Below are positions 1-9,463 of a DNA stretch of 64,000 bases, one piece after another (the stretch's first letter is position 1; each line of letters starts with the position of its first letter). The notes under the pieces are model-generated. The model saw only the letters and a program-made list of their open reading frames with translations, did not search any database and was not told where the DNA came from. Position numbers and translations under genes: made by a program. This stretch comes from Phycisphaerales bacterium. GTDB lineage: Bacteria; Planctomycetota; Phycisphaerae; Phycisphaerales; UBA1924. The DNA is taken from positions 2,464,001 through 2,528,000 of the forward strand of contig OZ245777.1 of assembly GCA_965227775.1 (NCBI GenBank), written 5' to 3'.

Positions 1-2
1 AC

Positions 3-641
3 CCGGCCGACCTGCCAGATCCTTCGATGATCCTGGCGATCCGAGAGCCGATCTGCAAGGTTGAGATCATGACGCCGAAGGAGTTCATCGGCGACATCAT
101 GACGCTGTGCCTGGGCCGCCGGGGTATCTACAAGAACCAGCAGTTCATCAGCGACACGCGCGAGTTGCTGACCTTCGAGGTGCCGCTGGCCGAGATCATC
201 TACGACTTCTATGACAAGCTCAAGAGCATGACGAGCGGCTACGCGACGATGGACTACGAGATCGACCGCTACGAGCAGGACAGCCTTGTCAAGGTCGACA
301 TCCTCATCAACGGCGATCCGGTCGAGGCCCTCGCACTCATTGCGCACAAGGAGCGCAGCGAGCAGCGGGGGCGCCAGCTCCTGGTCAAGCTCCGCAAGCA
401 GATCCCACGCCACCAGTTCGAGATCCCCCTCCAGGCCGCCATCGGCGGCAAGATCATCGCTCGCGAGACCATCAAGGGCTTCCGCAAGGACGTGACCGCC
501 AAGTGCTACGGCGGCGACGTCAGCCGAAAGCGCAAGCTGCTCGAGGCCCAGAAGAAGGGCAAGGAGCGCATGAAGAGCGTTGGCAGTGTGAGTATCCCGC
601 AGACGGCGTTCATGGCGGTGTTGGATACGAGTGAGGACTAG
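3..641 (+). CDS. lepA: Elongation factor 4 (LepA), C-terminal part; 5' end lies outside the window
   Basis: LepA C-terminal motifs: DFYDKLKSMTSGYATMDY, IPRHQFEIPLQAAIGGKIIARETI, RKDVTAKCYGGDVSRKRKLLEAQKKGK. Confidence 0.97.
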   Translation, partial: PADLPDPSMILAIREPICKVEIMTPKEFIGDIMTLCLGRRGIYKNQQFISDTRELLTFEVPLAEIIYDFYDKLKSMTSGYATMDYEIDRYEQDSLVKVDILINGDPVEALALIAHKERSEQRGRQLLVKLRKQIPRHQFEIPLQAAIGGKIIARETIKGFRKDVTAKCYGGDVSRKRKLLEAQKKGKERMKSVGSVSIPQTAFMAVLDTSED

Positions 642-647
642 CGGTCT

Positions 648-1055
648 TCAGTTTTCGATCTCGCCCATCTCGTAGATGTCGTCGATTGGATGGACGCGCT
701 TTCGTAAACGTGAGCGCTTGTACAATTGGGCGAATCTGTAGCCCGGGGCCTTGGTTCCCTCAAAAGGCTCAGCGATGACAGCTTCGTGGCGAGTGGAGTC
801 TTCACTCACGACTCCGTCAAAAATCAAAACGACGTATTCGGCTGCTTGCCGCTGAACACCGGCGTGGTTTCGTGCCTTTTGTTCGGCTTCCTCAAAGGTA
901 TCTGCGACGCATCGGTGAAGTGTCTTTTCGCCGTTGGCGACACTGACTACGAACGGCAACAACTGGCCTGAAGCAGACAGGTCGGTCAACGCGATCCCGA
1001 TCGCCTCTATCACAAGGTCTTCGACGTCCTTGCTGATGGTGAACTCCTCACTCAT
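648..1055 (-). CDS. Hypothetical protein (~135 aa), more AT-rich than its neighbours
   Basis: Protein-like ORF convergent on lepA; GTG at 1061 or ATG at 1055 after AAAGGGTG. Confidence 0.7.
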   Translation of the reverse strand: MSEEFTISKDVEDLVIEAIGIALTDLSASGQLLPFVVSVANGEKTLHRCVADTFEEAEQKARNHAGVQRQAAEYVVLIFDGVVSEDSTRHEAVIAEPFEGTKAPGYRFAQLYKRSRLRKRVHPIDDIYEMGEIEN

Positions 1056-1115
1056 ACTCACCCTTTCTGTCGTTGCCTTTCGATGAACCTCTAAGTGGTG
1101 GTAGTATCAAGTCCA

Positions 1116-1514
1116 ATGACCACCCTCCTCGAAACCATCCTCTACACCCCAGACCCAATCGCCACCGCTCGCTTCTACGCGGACGTCATCGGCTTACGCC
1201 TCCTCGAAGAGCCCAGCGAGCGCATGGCGGCGCTCCGGGTGAGCGAGGCGTCTGTGTTGCTGCTGTTCGAGCCGGAGTGGTCGGGTCGGCCGGGTCGAGA
1301 CGTTCCGAGCCACGGCGCTTCCGGGCCGGGGCACGTCGCGTTCCGCGTGGACGACTTGGATGCCTGGCCCGATCGCCTCGCGGAGCACGGCGTGGCGATC
1401 GAGCAGCGGGTGACGTGGCCGACCGGTTTCTTCAGGGCCGGCCGCTCGATCTACCTGCGCGATCCCGCCGGCAATTCGGTCGAGCTGATGGACGCCGACA
1501 TCTGGCCCGAATAG
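1116..1514 (+). CDS. VOC (glyoxalase/bleomycin-resistance) family protein
   Basis: LETILY...ARFYADVIGL, GPGHVAF, RSIYLRDPAGNSVEL; ATG 1116 is preceded by the -10-like TGnTAGTAT. Confidence 0.9.
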   Translation: MTTLLETILYTPDPIATARFYADVIGLRLLEEPSERMAALRVSEASVLLLFEPEWSGRPGRDVPSHGASGPGHVAFRVDDLDAWPDRLAEHGVAIEQRVTWPTGFFRAGRSIYLRDPAGNSVELMDADIWPE

Positions 1515-1530
1515 GGGTGTGTGCATACCA

Positions 1531-1560
1531 AGAAAAAGCCCGCATCTGATGGACGCGGGC
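1531..1560 (-). terminator. Intrinsic terminator downstream of tRNA-Asn
   Basis: Minus strand GCCCGCGTC-CATCA-GATGCGGGC followed by TTTTTCT. Confidence 0.8.
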
Positions 1561-1568
1561 CTGGGAAG

Positions 1569-1640
1569 CTCCCCGAGCAGGACTCGAACCTGCAACCTAG
1601 CGGTTAACAGCCGCTCGCTCTACCATTGAGCTATCGGGGA
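1569..1640 (-). tRNA. tRNA-Asn (GTT); CCA not encoded
   Basis: Reverse complement TCCCCGA TA GCTC AATGGTA GAGC G AGCGG CT GTT AA CCGCT AGGTT GCAGG TTCGAGT CCTGC TCGGGGA G folds as a cloverleaf. Confidence 0.97.
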
Positions 1641-1661
1641 TCGGCGAGATGTCGAGCCGAA

Positions 1662-1689
1662 AGCGTAAGCGCCACTTTCCCAGCGTCAA
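1662..1689 (-). promoter_or_regulatory. Sigma70-like promoter of tRNA-Asn
   Basis: TTGACG-N16-TACGCT on the minus strand upstream of the tRNA. Confidence 0.65.
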
Positions 1690-1755
1690 GAGAACGCAGG
1701 CCCGTGCGGGCCAAAGATCGGCTGTTCGTTGACCGTCCTGAACGGGGGATTCCAA

Positions 1756-2556
1756 GTGCCAAACATCGTCCGTACTGTTCGTCGCCCTGTTGCTGTCCGT
1801 CGTGGCAACCTGCTCGTGGGTTGCCTGGCCGTCCTTGGCGTCATTGCGGCGCTGGTGGTCGTTGGTGGCATCGTCGTGTGGATGAACTGGAAGGGCTGGT
1901 CGGCCGACCTGATGAACACCGGCATGAAGGCGGCGGTGGAGCAGTCGCAGCTGCCGGCCGGTCAGCAGACCCGCATCAACACGCAAATCGATCAGCTCAC
2001 CGAGGCGTTCCGGGCTGGGGACGTGACCTTCGAGGATCTCGTGAAGGTCGGCGAGGCCATGGAGAATCACCCGATCCTCCCGATCGGCGTGCTCGAGTTC
2101 ATCGAGTACAACAGCCTGAAGGTTGATGGACTGACCGACGAAGAGCGGGAAGCGGGCGCGCGGGCGACGCAGCGTTTGCAGCGGGCCGCAGTCGACGGTC
2201 AGTTGGTTCTGGAAGACCTTGACCCGATGCTCGAACCGATCTCACAGCGCAATGCCGACGGTGGCCTCGAGCCTCTCCAGAACCCGACGGCCCCGCAGGT
2301 GCGACTCTACATCGAGGGTGCGCAGAAGAAGGCCGATGAGCTTGGCATCCCCGATGAGCCATACGACGTTGATGTCGCCGAGCAGATCGAGCGTCTGATC
2401 AACGACACACTGGGCCGTGAGGTCGTGAGCGCCCCGGCACCAGAGAGCGAGGCGCCGGCCGATCCGGCTGTTCCGGCTGATCAGGGAGACGAGCCCGCGA
2501 GCGACCCGGTCGAAGATCCGGCTGACGCGCCGGGCGAGGGCTCGGGCGGCGGCTGA
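1756..2556 (+). CDS. Hypothetical single-TM membrane-anchored protein with an acidic, Pro-rich tail
   Basis: N-terminal RRGN + hydrophobic helix (LLVGCLAVLGVIAALVVVGGIVVW); helical body; GTG 1756 after GGGGG. Confidence 0.8.
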   Translation: MPNIVRTVRRPVAVRRGNLLVGCLAVLGVIAALVVVGGIVVWMNWKGWSADLMNTGMKAAVEQSQLPAGQQTRINTQIDQLTEAFRAGDVTFEDLVKVGEAMENHPILPIGVLEFIEYNSLKVDGLTDEEREAGARATQRLQRAAVDGQLVLEDLDPMLEPISQRNADGGLEPLQNPTAPQVRLYIEGAQKKADELGIPDEPYDVDVAEQIERLINDTLGREVVSAPAPESEAPADPAVPADQGDEPASDPVEDPADAPGEGSGGG

Positions 2557-3836
2557 AGCTTCCGGCTGGCGAACCGGACGCCGAATCCGATCGCGAGCAG
2601 GCCCAGCATGACGCCAAGCACGATCGGCTCGATGAAGACGGCCAGCGACACGCAGCCGGCGAGGCCGAGCGTGCTGACCCATCGCGCGACGAACCGACCC
2701 TCACCCACGCGCATCGCGGCGACGTTGGTGATCGCGTAGTACACCAGCACCGCGGCCGCCGCGAGTGACCAGGCGTGGGGCACCGTTCCCACAACGATCA
2801 CCAGTGCGATGCCCGCGACGACGCACACCGTGGCGATGGCGGGCACGCCCTGGCGATCGACGCGCGCGAGCGGCGTGGGCAGATCGCGCTCGCGACCCGC
2901 GGCGAGTGCGACCCGGGCGAGGCCCATGATCAGGTTGAGTTGCACCGCCAAGAGTGCCGCGGCAGCGCCGATCCCGAGCATGATCGCCAGCGTCGGGGCT
3001 TCGACCGCTCGCGCCACCGGCAGCAGCGGGGCCGCATCTTCCGCAGAGCGTGTACCAAACTCGGCAGGGCCGAGCACGCCCAATCCGGTCAGGGCAACCA
3101 GCGCGTACAACACGACGGCAACGCCCAGCGTGGTGACGACCGCTCGGGGGATCGTCCGGTGTGGCTCGCGGACCTCTTCGCCCATCGTCGCGATCCGCGC
3201 AAAGCCGGCGAACGCGACGAACGACAGGGCCGCCGCCTCGAGCACGCCGGGCGCAGAGATCGGGCGATCGGCGATCGCCGACCAGGAAAGCTCCTGCCAT
3301 CCTCGCCACGCCGCAGGCGCCGCGGCGATCACCATCGTCAGCAGCGCGAACGCGGTGATAAACAAGAGCACGAAGTTGAACCGCACCGATCGCGTCACGC
3401 CTGCCAGCGCCATCGCGGCAACGACGAGCAGCGAGCCAAGAGCCGCAAGCGTCATGGTGGTGCCATCGCCCGGCTTGCCCGTGGCCCATGCGATGAGCCC
3501 GCCGAGACCGAGGGCCGCCGTCGCGCACGAGGCGGTCTTGGCGATCAGGAACACCGAGCCGGCCGTGAAGCCCGCCAGCGGGTGCACGAACCGATAGCCG
3601 TACGCGTACGTCCCGCCGCTCACCGGGTGCGCAGCTGCGAGCTGCGCGCTGCTCAGCCCGTTGCACATCGCTAGCCCGCCGGCGATGGCGATCGCCAGCA
3701 AGAGCCATGGTCCCGCCAACCCCGCACCAAGGCCGAGCGTAACGAACGCGCCGGTGCCGATGATCGAGCCCAGCCCAACGCCAACGGCCCCGGGCAGGGT
3801 GATGACGCGGCGGAGCTCATTCGTCGGCGTGGTCAT
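2481..3836 (-). CDS. APC-family amino acid permease
   Basis: GLGSIIGTGAF, PVSGGTYAY, FVAFAGFARIATMGEEVREP; about 12 hydrophobic segments. Confidence 0.92.
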   Translation of the reverse strand: MTTPTNELRRVITLPGAVGVGLGSIIGTGAFVTLGLGAGLAGPWLLLAIAIAGGLAMCNGLSSAQLAAAHPVSGGTYAYGYRFVHPLAGFTAGSVFLIAKTASCATAALGLGGLIAWATGKPGDGTTMTLAALGSLLVVAAMALAGVTRSVRFNFVLLFITAFALLTMVIAAAPAAWRGWQELSWSAIADRPISAPGVLEAAALSFVAFAGFARIATMGEEVREPHRTIPRAVVTTLGVAVVLYALVALTGLGVLGPAEFGTRSAEDAAPLLPVARAVEAPTLAIMLGIGAAAALLAVQLNLIMGLARVALAAGRERDLPTPLARVDRQGVPAIATVCVVAGIALVIVVGTVPHAWSLAAAAVLVYYAITNVAAMRVGEGRFVARWVSTLGLAGCVSLAVFIEPIVLGVMLGLLAIGFGVRFASRKLQPPPEPSPGASAGSSTGSLAGSSP

Positions 3837-3839
3837 CGT

Positions 3840-5249
3840 CTATCCGATTGTTGTCTGCCCGTTCATGTACGGCCGCAGCACCTGAGGGATCGTGACCGAC
3901 CCGTCGGCGTTCTGGTGCATTTCGATGAGCGGGATCAGGAACCGAGGGCTTGCGAGCACCGTGTTGTTCAGCGAGTGGCAGAACGTCGTCGCGCCCTTGC
4001 CCTGTGCGCCGCCCTGGCGATACCGCAGGTTCAGTCGCCGGCACTGGAAGTCGTAGAGCCGGCTCGCGCTGTGCGTCTCGCCCCAATCGCCCTGGCCCTC
4101 GTCGCCGCGGCTGGGCATCCAGCACTCCACGTCGATCATGTCGGCGTTCTTCTGCCCAAGGTCACCCGCGCAGCACTGCAACAGGCGGTAGGGCAGCCCG
4201 AGGCCCTGCAAGAGCTCCTCAACGTAGCCGATCATCTCCTGGTGCCAGCGGCGGCTTTCGGCCTCGTCCGCCTTGCAGATGACCACCTGCTCGACCTTTT
4301 CAAAGTAATGCACGCGGTACAGGCCCGCCGTGTCCTTGCCCGCAGCCCCAGCCTCGCGGCGGTAGCAGGGCGAGAGCGTGCAGAGCCGGATGGGCAGGTC
4401 CGCCTCGTCGACGATCTCGTCCATGTGGAAGCCCATCAGGCCGACCTCGCCCGTGCCCGTCAGGTAGCCGTCGGCCTCCCATTGCGGCTGATCCGCGTCG
4501 CCCTTCTCGTGGATGCCCACCTCGTACGTCTGCTCGCGCCCGCCGGGGAAGAAGCCCGTGCCGACCATCGCGTGCTCGCGCACGACGCTCGGGGCGCTCA
4601 CGGGCGTAAAACCCTTGGCGATGATCTGGTCGAACGCGTACCGCAGCACCGCTTGATGCAGCCGGAACCCATCGCCGGTCAGCACGTAGCTGCGCGAGCC
4701 GCTCAGCTTCACGCCACGCTCGAAGTCGATGAGGCCGTGCTGCTCGGCGATCTCGGTATGGCTCTTGGCGGCGAATCCCTTCTGGTTGGCGAAGGGCGCC
4801 GCGGGGTCAAAGCCGTCGGGCGACCACCGCCGGATCTCGACGTTGTCCTCGCTGCCCGCGCCGTCGGGCACGTCGGCGTCGGGCGGCTGGGGGATCGTGA
4901 GGAGCAATCCTTGCAGCTCGGGCTCGACGCCTGCCAGCTCGGTTTCGAGCCTCTCGATCTCCGCCTTCAGCCTCGCCGGCCCGGCCTTCAGCCCCTCCAT
5001 CTCGGCCTGCAGCTTCGCCTTCTCTTCGCCCTCGGCGCCCTTGAGAGCTTTCGAGAGCTGCCCCATCCGCGGCCCCATCTCCTTGGCGAGCTTGTTCTGC
5101 TCGGCCTTGAGCGTCTCGCGCCGCGTCGTCAGGTCCCGCCGCTGCGCGTCCAGGGCCAGCACGCGGTCGATATCGACGCCCGACCCCTTGCGGGCCGCGC
5201 CTCGTTTGTAGTGCTCGGGGTCTTCGCGCAGGTGCTTGAGGTCGATCAT
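3840..5249 (-). CDS. serS: Serine--tRNA ligase
   Basis: MIDLKHLRE + coiled-coil arm; CYRREAG, GLYRVHYFEKVEQ, HSLNNTVLASPR. Confidence 0.98.
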   Translation of the reverse strand: MIDLKHLREDPEHYKRGAARKGSGVDIDRVLALDAQRRDLTTRRETLKAEQNKLAKEMGPRMGQLSKALKGAEGEEKAKLQAEMEGLKAGPARLKAEIERLETELAGVEPELQGLLLTIPQPPDADVPDGAGSEDNVEIRRWSPDGFDPAAPFANQKGFAAKSHTEIAEQHGLIDFERGVKLSGSRSYVLTGDGFRLHQAVLRYAFDQIIAKGFTPVSAPSVVREHAMVGTGFFPGGREQTYEVGIHEKGDADQPQWEADGYLTGTGEVGLMGFHMDEIVDEADLPIRLCTLSPCYRREAGAAGKDTAGLYRVHYFEKVEQVVICKADEAESRRWHQEMIGYVEELLQGLGLPYRLLQCCAGDLGQKNADMIDVECWMPSRGDEGQGDWGETHSASRLYDFQCRRLNLRYRQGGAQGKGATTFCHSLNNTVLASPRFLIPLIEMHQNADGSVTIPQVLRPYMNGQTTIG

Positions 5250-5282
5250 GGGCCGGGATGGTACGCGGCTCTCCGGATGGGC

Positions 5283-6019
5283 TCAGCCGCCTCGCTGCAC
5301 TCCGACGAGCTTGGCCCCCGCCCCGCACTCCGGGCACGCCGCGCCGGCGTCGAGCCCGCCCCGGTCATACCCGCACGCGGCGCACCGCCCACGCCGCCGC
5401 CGCACCGTGCGACGAATCACGCCCGGCGTGCGCCACGCGATGAACAGCAGCAGGGCGTAGAAGCCCGTGTTGATGGCGAAGCCGGGCCAGAGGGGGAGCA
5501 GGGGGAGGGCGAAGCGGGTCGAGAAGAAAGCGGGATGCGCGTCGTCTGGCCACGCCTGGATGCCGCCGCGCAGCGACAGGCCCGGCGTCTGCGCCACCGC
5601 CACGGCCGAGCGCGGCTCGTCCTGATCGCGCTGGTAGTACCACTGCCGGAGGCTCATGGCGGGCCAGCCGCAGTCCGACATGGTGAGTACCTCGAAGTGG
5701 AAGTAATCCTCGCCGTCCTCGTCCCAGGAGAAGAAGGCGTGGCTCATGATCCGCTCCCATCCAAGCTGGTCGCGTCGTCCCGACATCCACTCCGGGAAGC
5801 CTCGATTGTCGGCAACTTCGTCGAGCGGGATGGCAATCGCGTCCCATTGCGCCGCGCTGAAACCCGTGTACATGCCCGCACTTGGGGGAACGCTCGACAC
5901 AACGCGACGATCGAATCTCCAGAGATACGCGGCATAAATGCCCACGACGAGAGCACCGTCGCGACCGCCCCCAGCAGGACGAAGACGAGCGGCGTGGCGA
6001 TGGCCTGGCGGCGACGCAT
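5283..6019 (-). pseudogene. Membrane protein with C-terminal CxxC...CPECG zinc ribbon, split by a 1-nt frameshift near 5941-5943 (pseudogene or sequencing error)
   Basis: The N-terminal TM segment (MRRRQAIATPLVFVLLGAVATVLSSW) is in one frame and the rest (GIYAAYLWR...PLLPLWPGFAINTGFYA...RRRRGRCAACGYD...CPECG) in another. One extra G joins them. A TACACT -10 box lies 6 nt before ATG 6019. Confidence 0.75.
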
Positions 6020-6052
6020 CGCAAGAGTGTACCGCAGGGGTAGCGATTGGAT

Positions 6053-6817
6053 TCAGCGCAATGCTCGGAGGATCGGTCCGAGGGCCCGCCCTGCGCCAAC
6101 CGCCTCCATGAGAGCCGAGCCGACGATCACGCCGTCGCATGCGCCGCGCAGGGCGTCGACGTGGGCCTTCTCGCGGATGCCGAAGCCGGCGCACACAGGG
6201 ATGGTTGCGGCGGCCTTGACCCTCTTGAGATACTGCACGATGCTCGATTGGTCGGAGCGGTGCTGGCCCGTGACGCCCACGCTCGTGACGGCGTACACAA
6301 AGCCCGTGGCCTGCGCGGCGATGCGAGCGAGTCGTTCGTCGCTCGTGACGGGACTAACCATGCCGATCGTCGCTAGGCCGGCGTCGGTGACGGACCGAGC
6401 CATATCGGTCGCCTCGAGGGGCAGATCGGGCACGATCACGCCGTGCACGCCGGCGGCTTGGGCATCGTCGGCGAGCCGATCGAGTCCGTACGCCAAGAGT
6501 GGGTTGAGGTAGCCCATCAGCAGCAGCGGAGCGGCCAGTGTGCCCTCGAGATCGCGGAGCGTGCCCATGATCTTCTGCATCGTGGTGCCGGCCGACAGCG
6601 CTGCCCGGGCTGTTTCCTGGAGTGATCCGCCATCGGCGATGGGGTTACTGAATGGGATGCCCACCTCGACCACATCAGCGTGCGCGCAGGCGTCGGCGAG
6701 AATGGCGGGGAAGGCGTCCATGCTCGGGTAGCCGGCAGTGACGTACGCGACCAGGGCGATGCCGTGCGTATCGCGGCCAGTCTCAACGGCCTTGGATATC
6801 CGTTCGTGCGCCTGCAT
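6053..6817 (-). CDS. trpA: Tryptophan synthase alpha chain
   Basis: YVTAGYP, VEVGIPFSNPIADG, MGYLNP, GFVYAVTSVGVTG, GFGI, DGVIVGSA. Confidence 0.97.
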   Translation of the reverse strand: MQAHERISKAVETGRDTHGIALVAYVTAGYPSMDAFPAILADACAHADVVEVGIPFSNPIADGGSLQETARAALSAGTTMQKIMGTLRDLEGTLAAPLLLMGYLNPLLAYGLDRLADDAQAAGVHGVIVPDLPLEATDMARSVTDAGLATIGMVSPVTSDERLARIAAQATGFVYAVTSVGVTGQHRSDQSSIVQYLKRVKAAATIPVCAGFGIREKAHVDALRGACDGVIVGSALMEAVGAGRALGPILRALR

Positions 6818-6820
6818 GGT

Positions 6821-8050
6821 CTACGCGCCCTCCTGCTCTGCGAGACGAGTCAGGATCGGCATGTCCTTGTCACCACGGCCGCAGACATTGACCAGCACGG
6901 TGGGGTTGTCGCGCCCCTCGCAGAGCCGCTTCGCCAGCGCGAGCGCGTGCGCTGGCTCGACGGCGGGCAGGATGCCCTCGAGCCGAGAGAGCTCGTCGAG
7001 CGCAGCTATAGCCCCGTTATCACGAACCGCGTGGTACTTCACTCGCCCAACGTGCGCGAGTAGGGCGTGCTCGGGGCCGATGGCGGGGTAGTCGAGGCCG
7101 GCCGAAACCGACTGCGTGTCGCTCACCTGGCCGTCGTTGTCCTGGAGCAGCATGGATCGCGAACCGTGCAGCACGCCCGGTGTGCCTCCGCTCATGGTCG
7201 CCGCGTGCTGGCCAACGCCCGCCCCGACACCGCCTGCCTCAGCGCCGTGCAGTTCGACACCGGCATCACCCAGGAATCCGTGGAAGAAGCCGATCGCGTT
7301 GCTGCCGCCCCCAACGCACGCGACCGCGATGTCTGGCAGCATCCATGCCTGCTCGAGCATCTGCCGCCTGCACTCCAAGCCGACGACCTTCTGGAACTCG
7401 CGGACGATCCAGGGAAACGGGTGCGGCCCGACGGCACTGCCCAGGATGTAGTGCGTGCCGGTTGGATCACCCACCCAATGGCGGATGGCCTCATCTACAG
7501 CACTGCGGAGCGTCGCGTCGCCGGTTGTCACGGGCCGGACCTCGGCACCCATGCGACGCATACGCACGACGTTGGGGGCCTGGCGTTCGACGTCCTTCGC
7601 GCCCATGTACACGATGCACGGCAGCCCCACGCGTGCGCACGCCGCTGCCGTCGCCACACCGTGCTGGCCCGCGCCCGTTTCGGCGACGACGCGCTCGGCC
7701 CCGATCCGCTTGGCGATCAGAGCTTGGCCGAGCGCATTGTTGATCTTGTGCGCCCCAGTATGAGCGAGATCCTCGCGCTTCAGCCACACTTGGGCCTTCC
7801 AAGCATGGCTGAGCTGCGGCGCGTACATCAAGGGTGTCGGCCGACCGATCCAGGTTTCCTGGTGCTGTCGCAGTTCGATGTGAAATGCGGCGTCAACCAA
7901 AGCATCCCTCGCGCCCGACTCGAACCGCTCGAGCGCGGGCACGAGCGTTTCTGGCACGAAACGACCACCAAAGGGGCCAAAGAAACCGTCGGTGTCTGGC
8001 AACTTGCCATCAATAAGCTGTCGCAGCAGGTCGTTGGCTTCCGTGCTCAA
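6821..8050 (-). CDS. trpB: Tryptophan synthase beta chain
   Basis: KREDLAHTGAHKINN (PLP lysine), ETGAGQHG, VGGGSNA, SAGLDYP, GRGDKD. Confidence 0.98.
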   Translation of the reverse strand: MSTEANDLLRQLIDGKLPDTDGFFGPFGGRFVPETLVPALERFESGARDALVDAAFHIELRQHQETWIGRPTPLMYAPQLSHAWKAQVWLKREDLAHTGAHKINNALGQALIAKRIGAERVVAETGAGQHGVATAAACARVGLPCIVYMGAKDVERQAPNVVRMRRMGAEVRPVTTGDATLRSAVDEAIRHWVGDPTGTHYILGSAVGPHPFPWIVREFQKVVGLECRRQMLEQAWMLPDIAVACVGGGSNAIGFFHGFLGDAGVELHGAEAGGVGAGVGQHAATMSGGTPGVLHGSRSMLLQDNDGQVSDTQSVSAGLDYPAIGPEHALLAHVGRVKYHAVRDNGAIAALDELSRLEGILPAVEPAHALALAKRLCEGRDNPTVLVNVCGRGDKDMPILTRLAEQEGA

Positions 8051-8664
8051 CCTTGCTCCCCTTCCCGAACCGCCGCGACGAAGTCACGGATCATGCCAGC
8101 ATCTTTCATTCCCGGTCCGCGTTCGACGCCCGAGGATACGTCCACCGCGAAGGGTCGGAGTGTACGGACAACGTCGGCTACATTGTCGATGCGCAATCCG
8201 CCCGCGATGACGACGCGGTACCGCGGCACCCACGGCTTCGCATCTTGCCAGGGTGCGGGCTCGCCCGTGCCAGAGTCCTGGCCCTCGATCAAGACCAACT
8301 GGCCGGCGAGACCATCCAAATCATCTTCGAACTCGGAACCCAGGCGGAGGACTGGCACGCGCCTGTCTTGTCGTATCACCGCGAGCGAGCCGGCAAAGTC
8401 GGCAAGGTCCGATTGATGCAACGTCCACGGCGGCAGCACGCCCGTAGCCCGCTCGACGAGTTGTGGCTCAGGATGGCGATACACCGCAACGCCTGCGACA
8501 TATCCCGGAAGGTGTGAAAGCAACTCTGCGGCTTGCTCGGGCGATACCTGCCTCTTCGATGGACTGAGTACCACGCCGACGGCGTCCACGCCCGCATCGA
8601 TGCAGGCGTCAGCCATCTCGGGCGTTGTAAGCCCGCACACTTTGACGCGAACCCGGTCAGGCAC
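8047..8664 (-). CDS. trpF: Phosphoribosylanthranilate isomerase
   Basis: VKVCGLT, AGGL, VDVSSGVE; overlaps trpC and trpB. Confidence 0.95.
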   Translation of the reverse strand: MPDRVRVKVCGLTTPEMADACIDAGVDAVGVVLSPSKRQVSPEQAAELLSHLPGYVAGVAVYRHPEPQLVERATGVLPPWTLHQSDLADFAGSLAVIRQDRRVPVLRLGSEFEDDLDGLAGQLVLIEGQDSGTGEPAPWQDAKPWVPRYRVVIAGGLRIDNVADVVRTLRPFAVDVSSGVERGPGMKDAGMIRDFVAAVREGEQG

Positions 8665-9463
8665 GGGCCGACCTCCCGAAATCGATCATGGTGCGGGCAA
8701 GGGAGCCGGGATCATCGGACCGCATGAGCGCCGTACCCACCAGCACACCGTCGTAGCCGAGTCGCGCAACCGCTTCCGCGTCTTCCTTGGTGGCGATGCC
8801 AGACTCGGCGATCTTCGGGATGCCTCTTGGGAATGAACCGACAAGCTGCTCAAAGCGCCTCATATCTTCGTGCAGCGTGGCGAGATCCCGGCAATTCAGA
8901 CCCAGCAACACATCACGCCGGCCCCCGACCGCGTTGCTCGCACGCCAGAGATCCTCTTCATCGAATGCCTCGAGCAACACCGCAAGCCCCATCTCCTCGC
9001 TTTCGTCGAGCATCTTGCGAAGCAGCCCATCATCGAGGATCCGAGCGATCAACAACACGGCAGACGCACCCCAGGCACGTGCCTCGACCACTTGATAAGG
9101 GTCGACCAGGAAGTCCTTCCGCATTGCCGGCGTGTCGATGCTTCGCGCGATCTGGCAGAGGTCATCTTCGCTCCCGCCGAAGCGTGATGGCTCTGTAAGC
9201 ACCGAGATCATCGACACGCCCGCATCAGCGTAGGTTTGTGCCTGAGCCAACACATCAAGTGTTTCGACAGCAAGCACGCCCTGGCTTGGGCTTGATCGCT
9301 TGACCTCGGCGATCAAGCCGAACGTGTCAATCCGAACGGGCTTCGGACGCGGTGTGGCTAGGGCCCGCTGGCGGAGCTCTGCCAGGGGCTCACGGTCGAT
9401 TGCGGTACTCGCCCTCGTTGCTGAGGACTCAGCCATCTGCTGGAGGAAGTCGGCCGCCATCAC
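8657..9463 (-). CDS. trpC: Indole-3-glycerol phosphate synthase
   Basis: IAEVKRSSPSQG, SVLTEP, MRKDFLVDPYQV, NCRDL, AESGI, LVGTALM. Confidence 0.97.
   Translation of the reverse strand: MMAADFLQQMAESSATRASTAIDREPLAELRQRALATPRPKPVRIDTFGLIAEVKRSSPSQGVLAVETLDVLAQAQTYADAGVSMISVLTEPSRFGGSEDDLCQIARSIDTPAMRKDFLVDPYQVVEARAWGASAVLLIARILDDGLLRKMLDESEEMGLAVLLEAFDEEDLWRASNAVGGRRDVLLGLNCRDLATLHEDMRRFEQLVGSFPRGIPKIAESGIATKEDAEAVARLGYDGVLVGTALMRSDDPGSLARTMIDFGRSARA

Noticed and set aside
3915..6512. 865-aa plus-strand ORF and similar long ORFs (12839-15310, 17242-19278, 19979-21670, 55907-57289, 58020-59261)
   Set aside because: Antisense shadows of well-supported genes, as expected in GC-rich DNA; no recognisable motifs.
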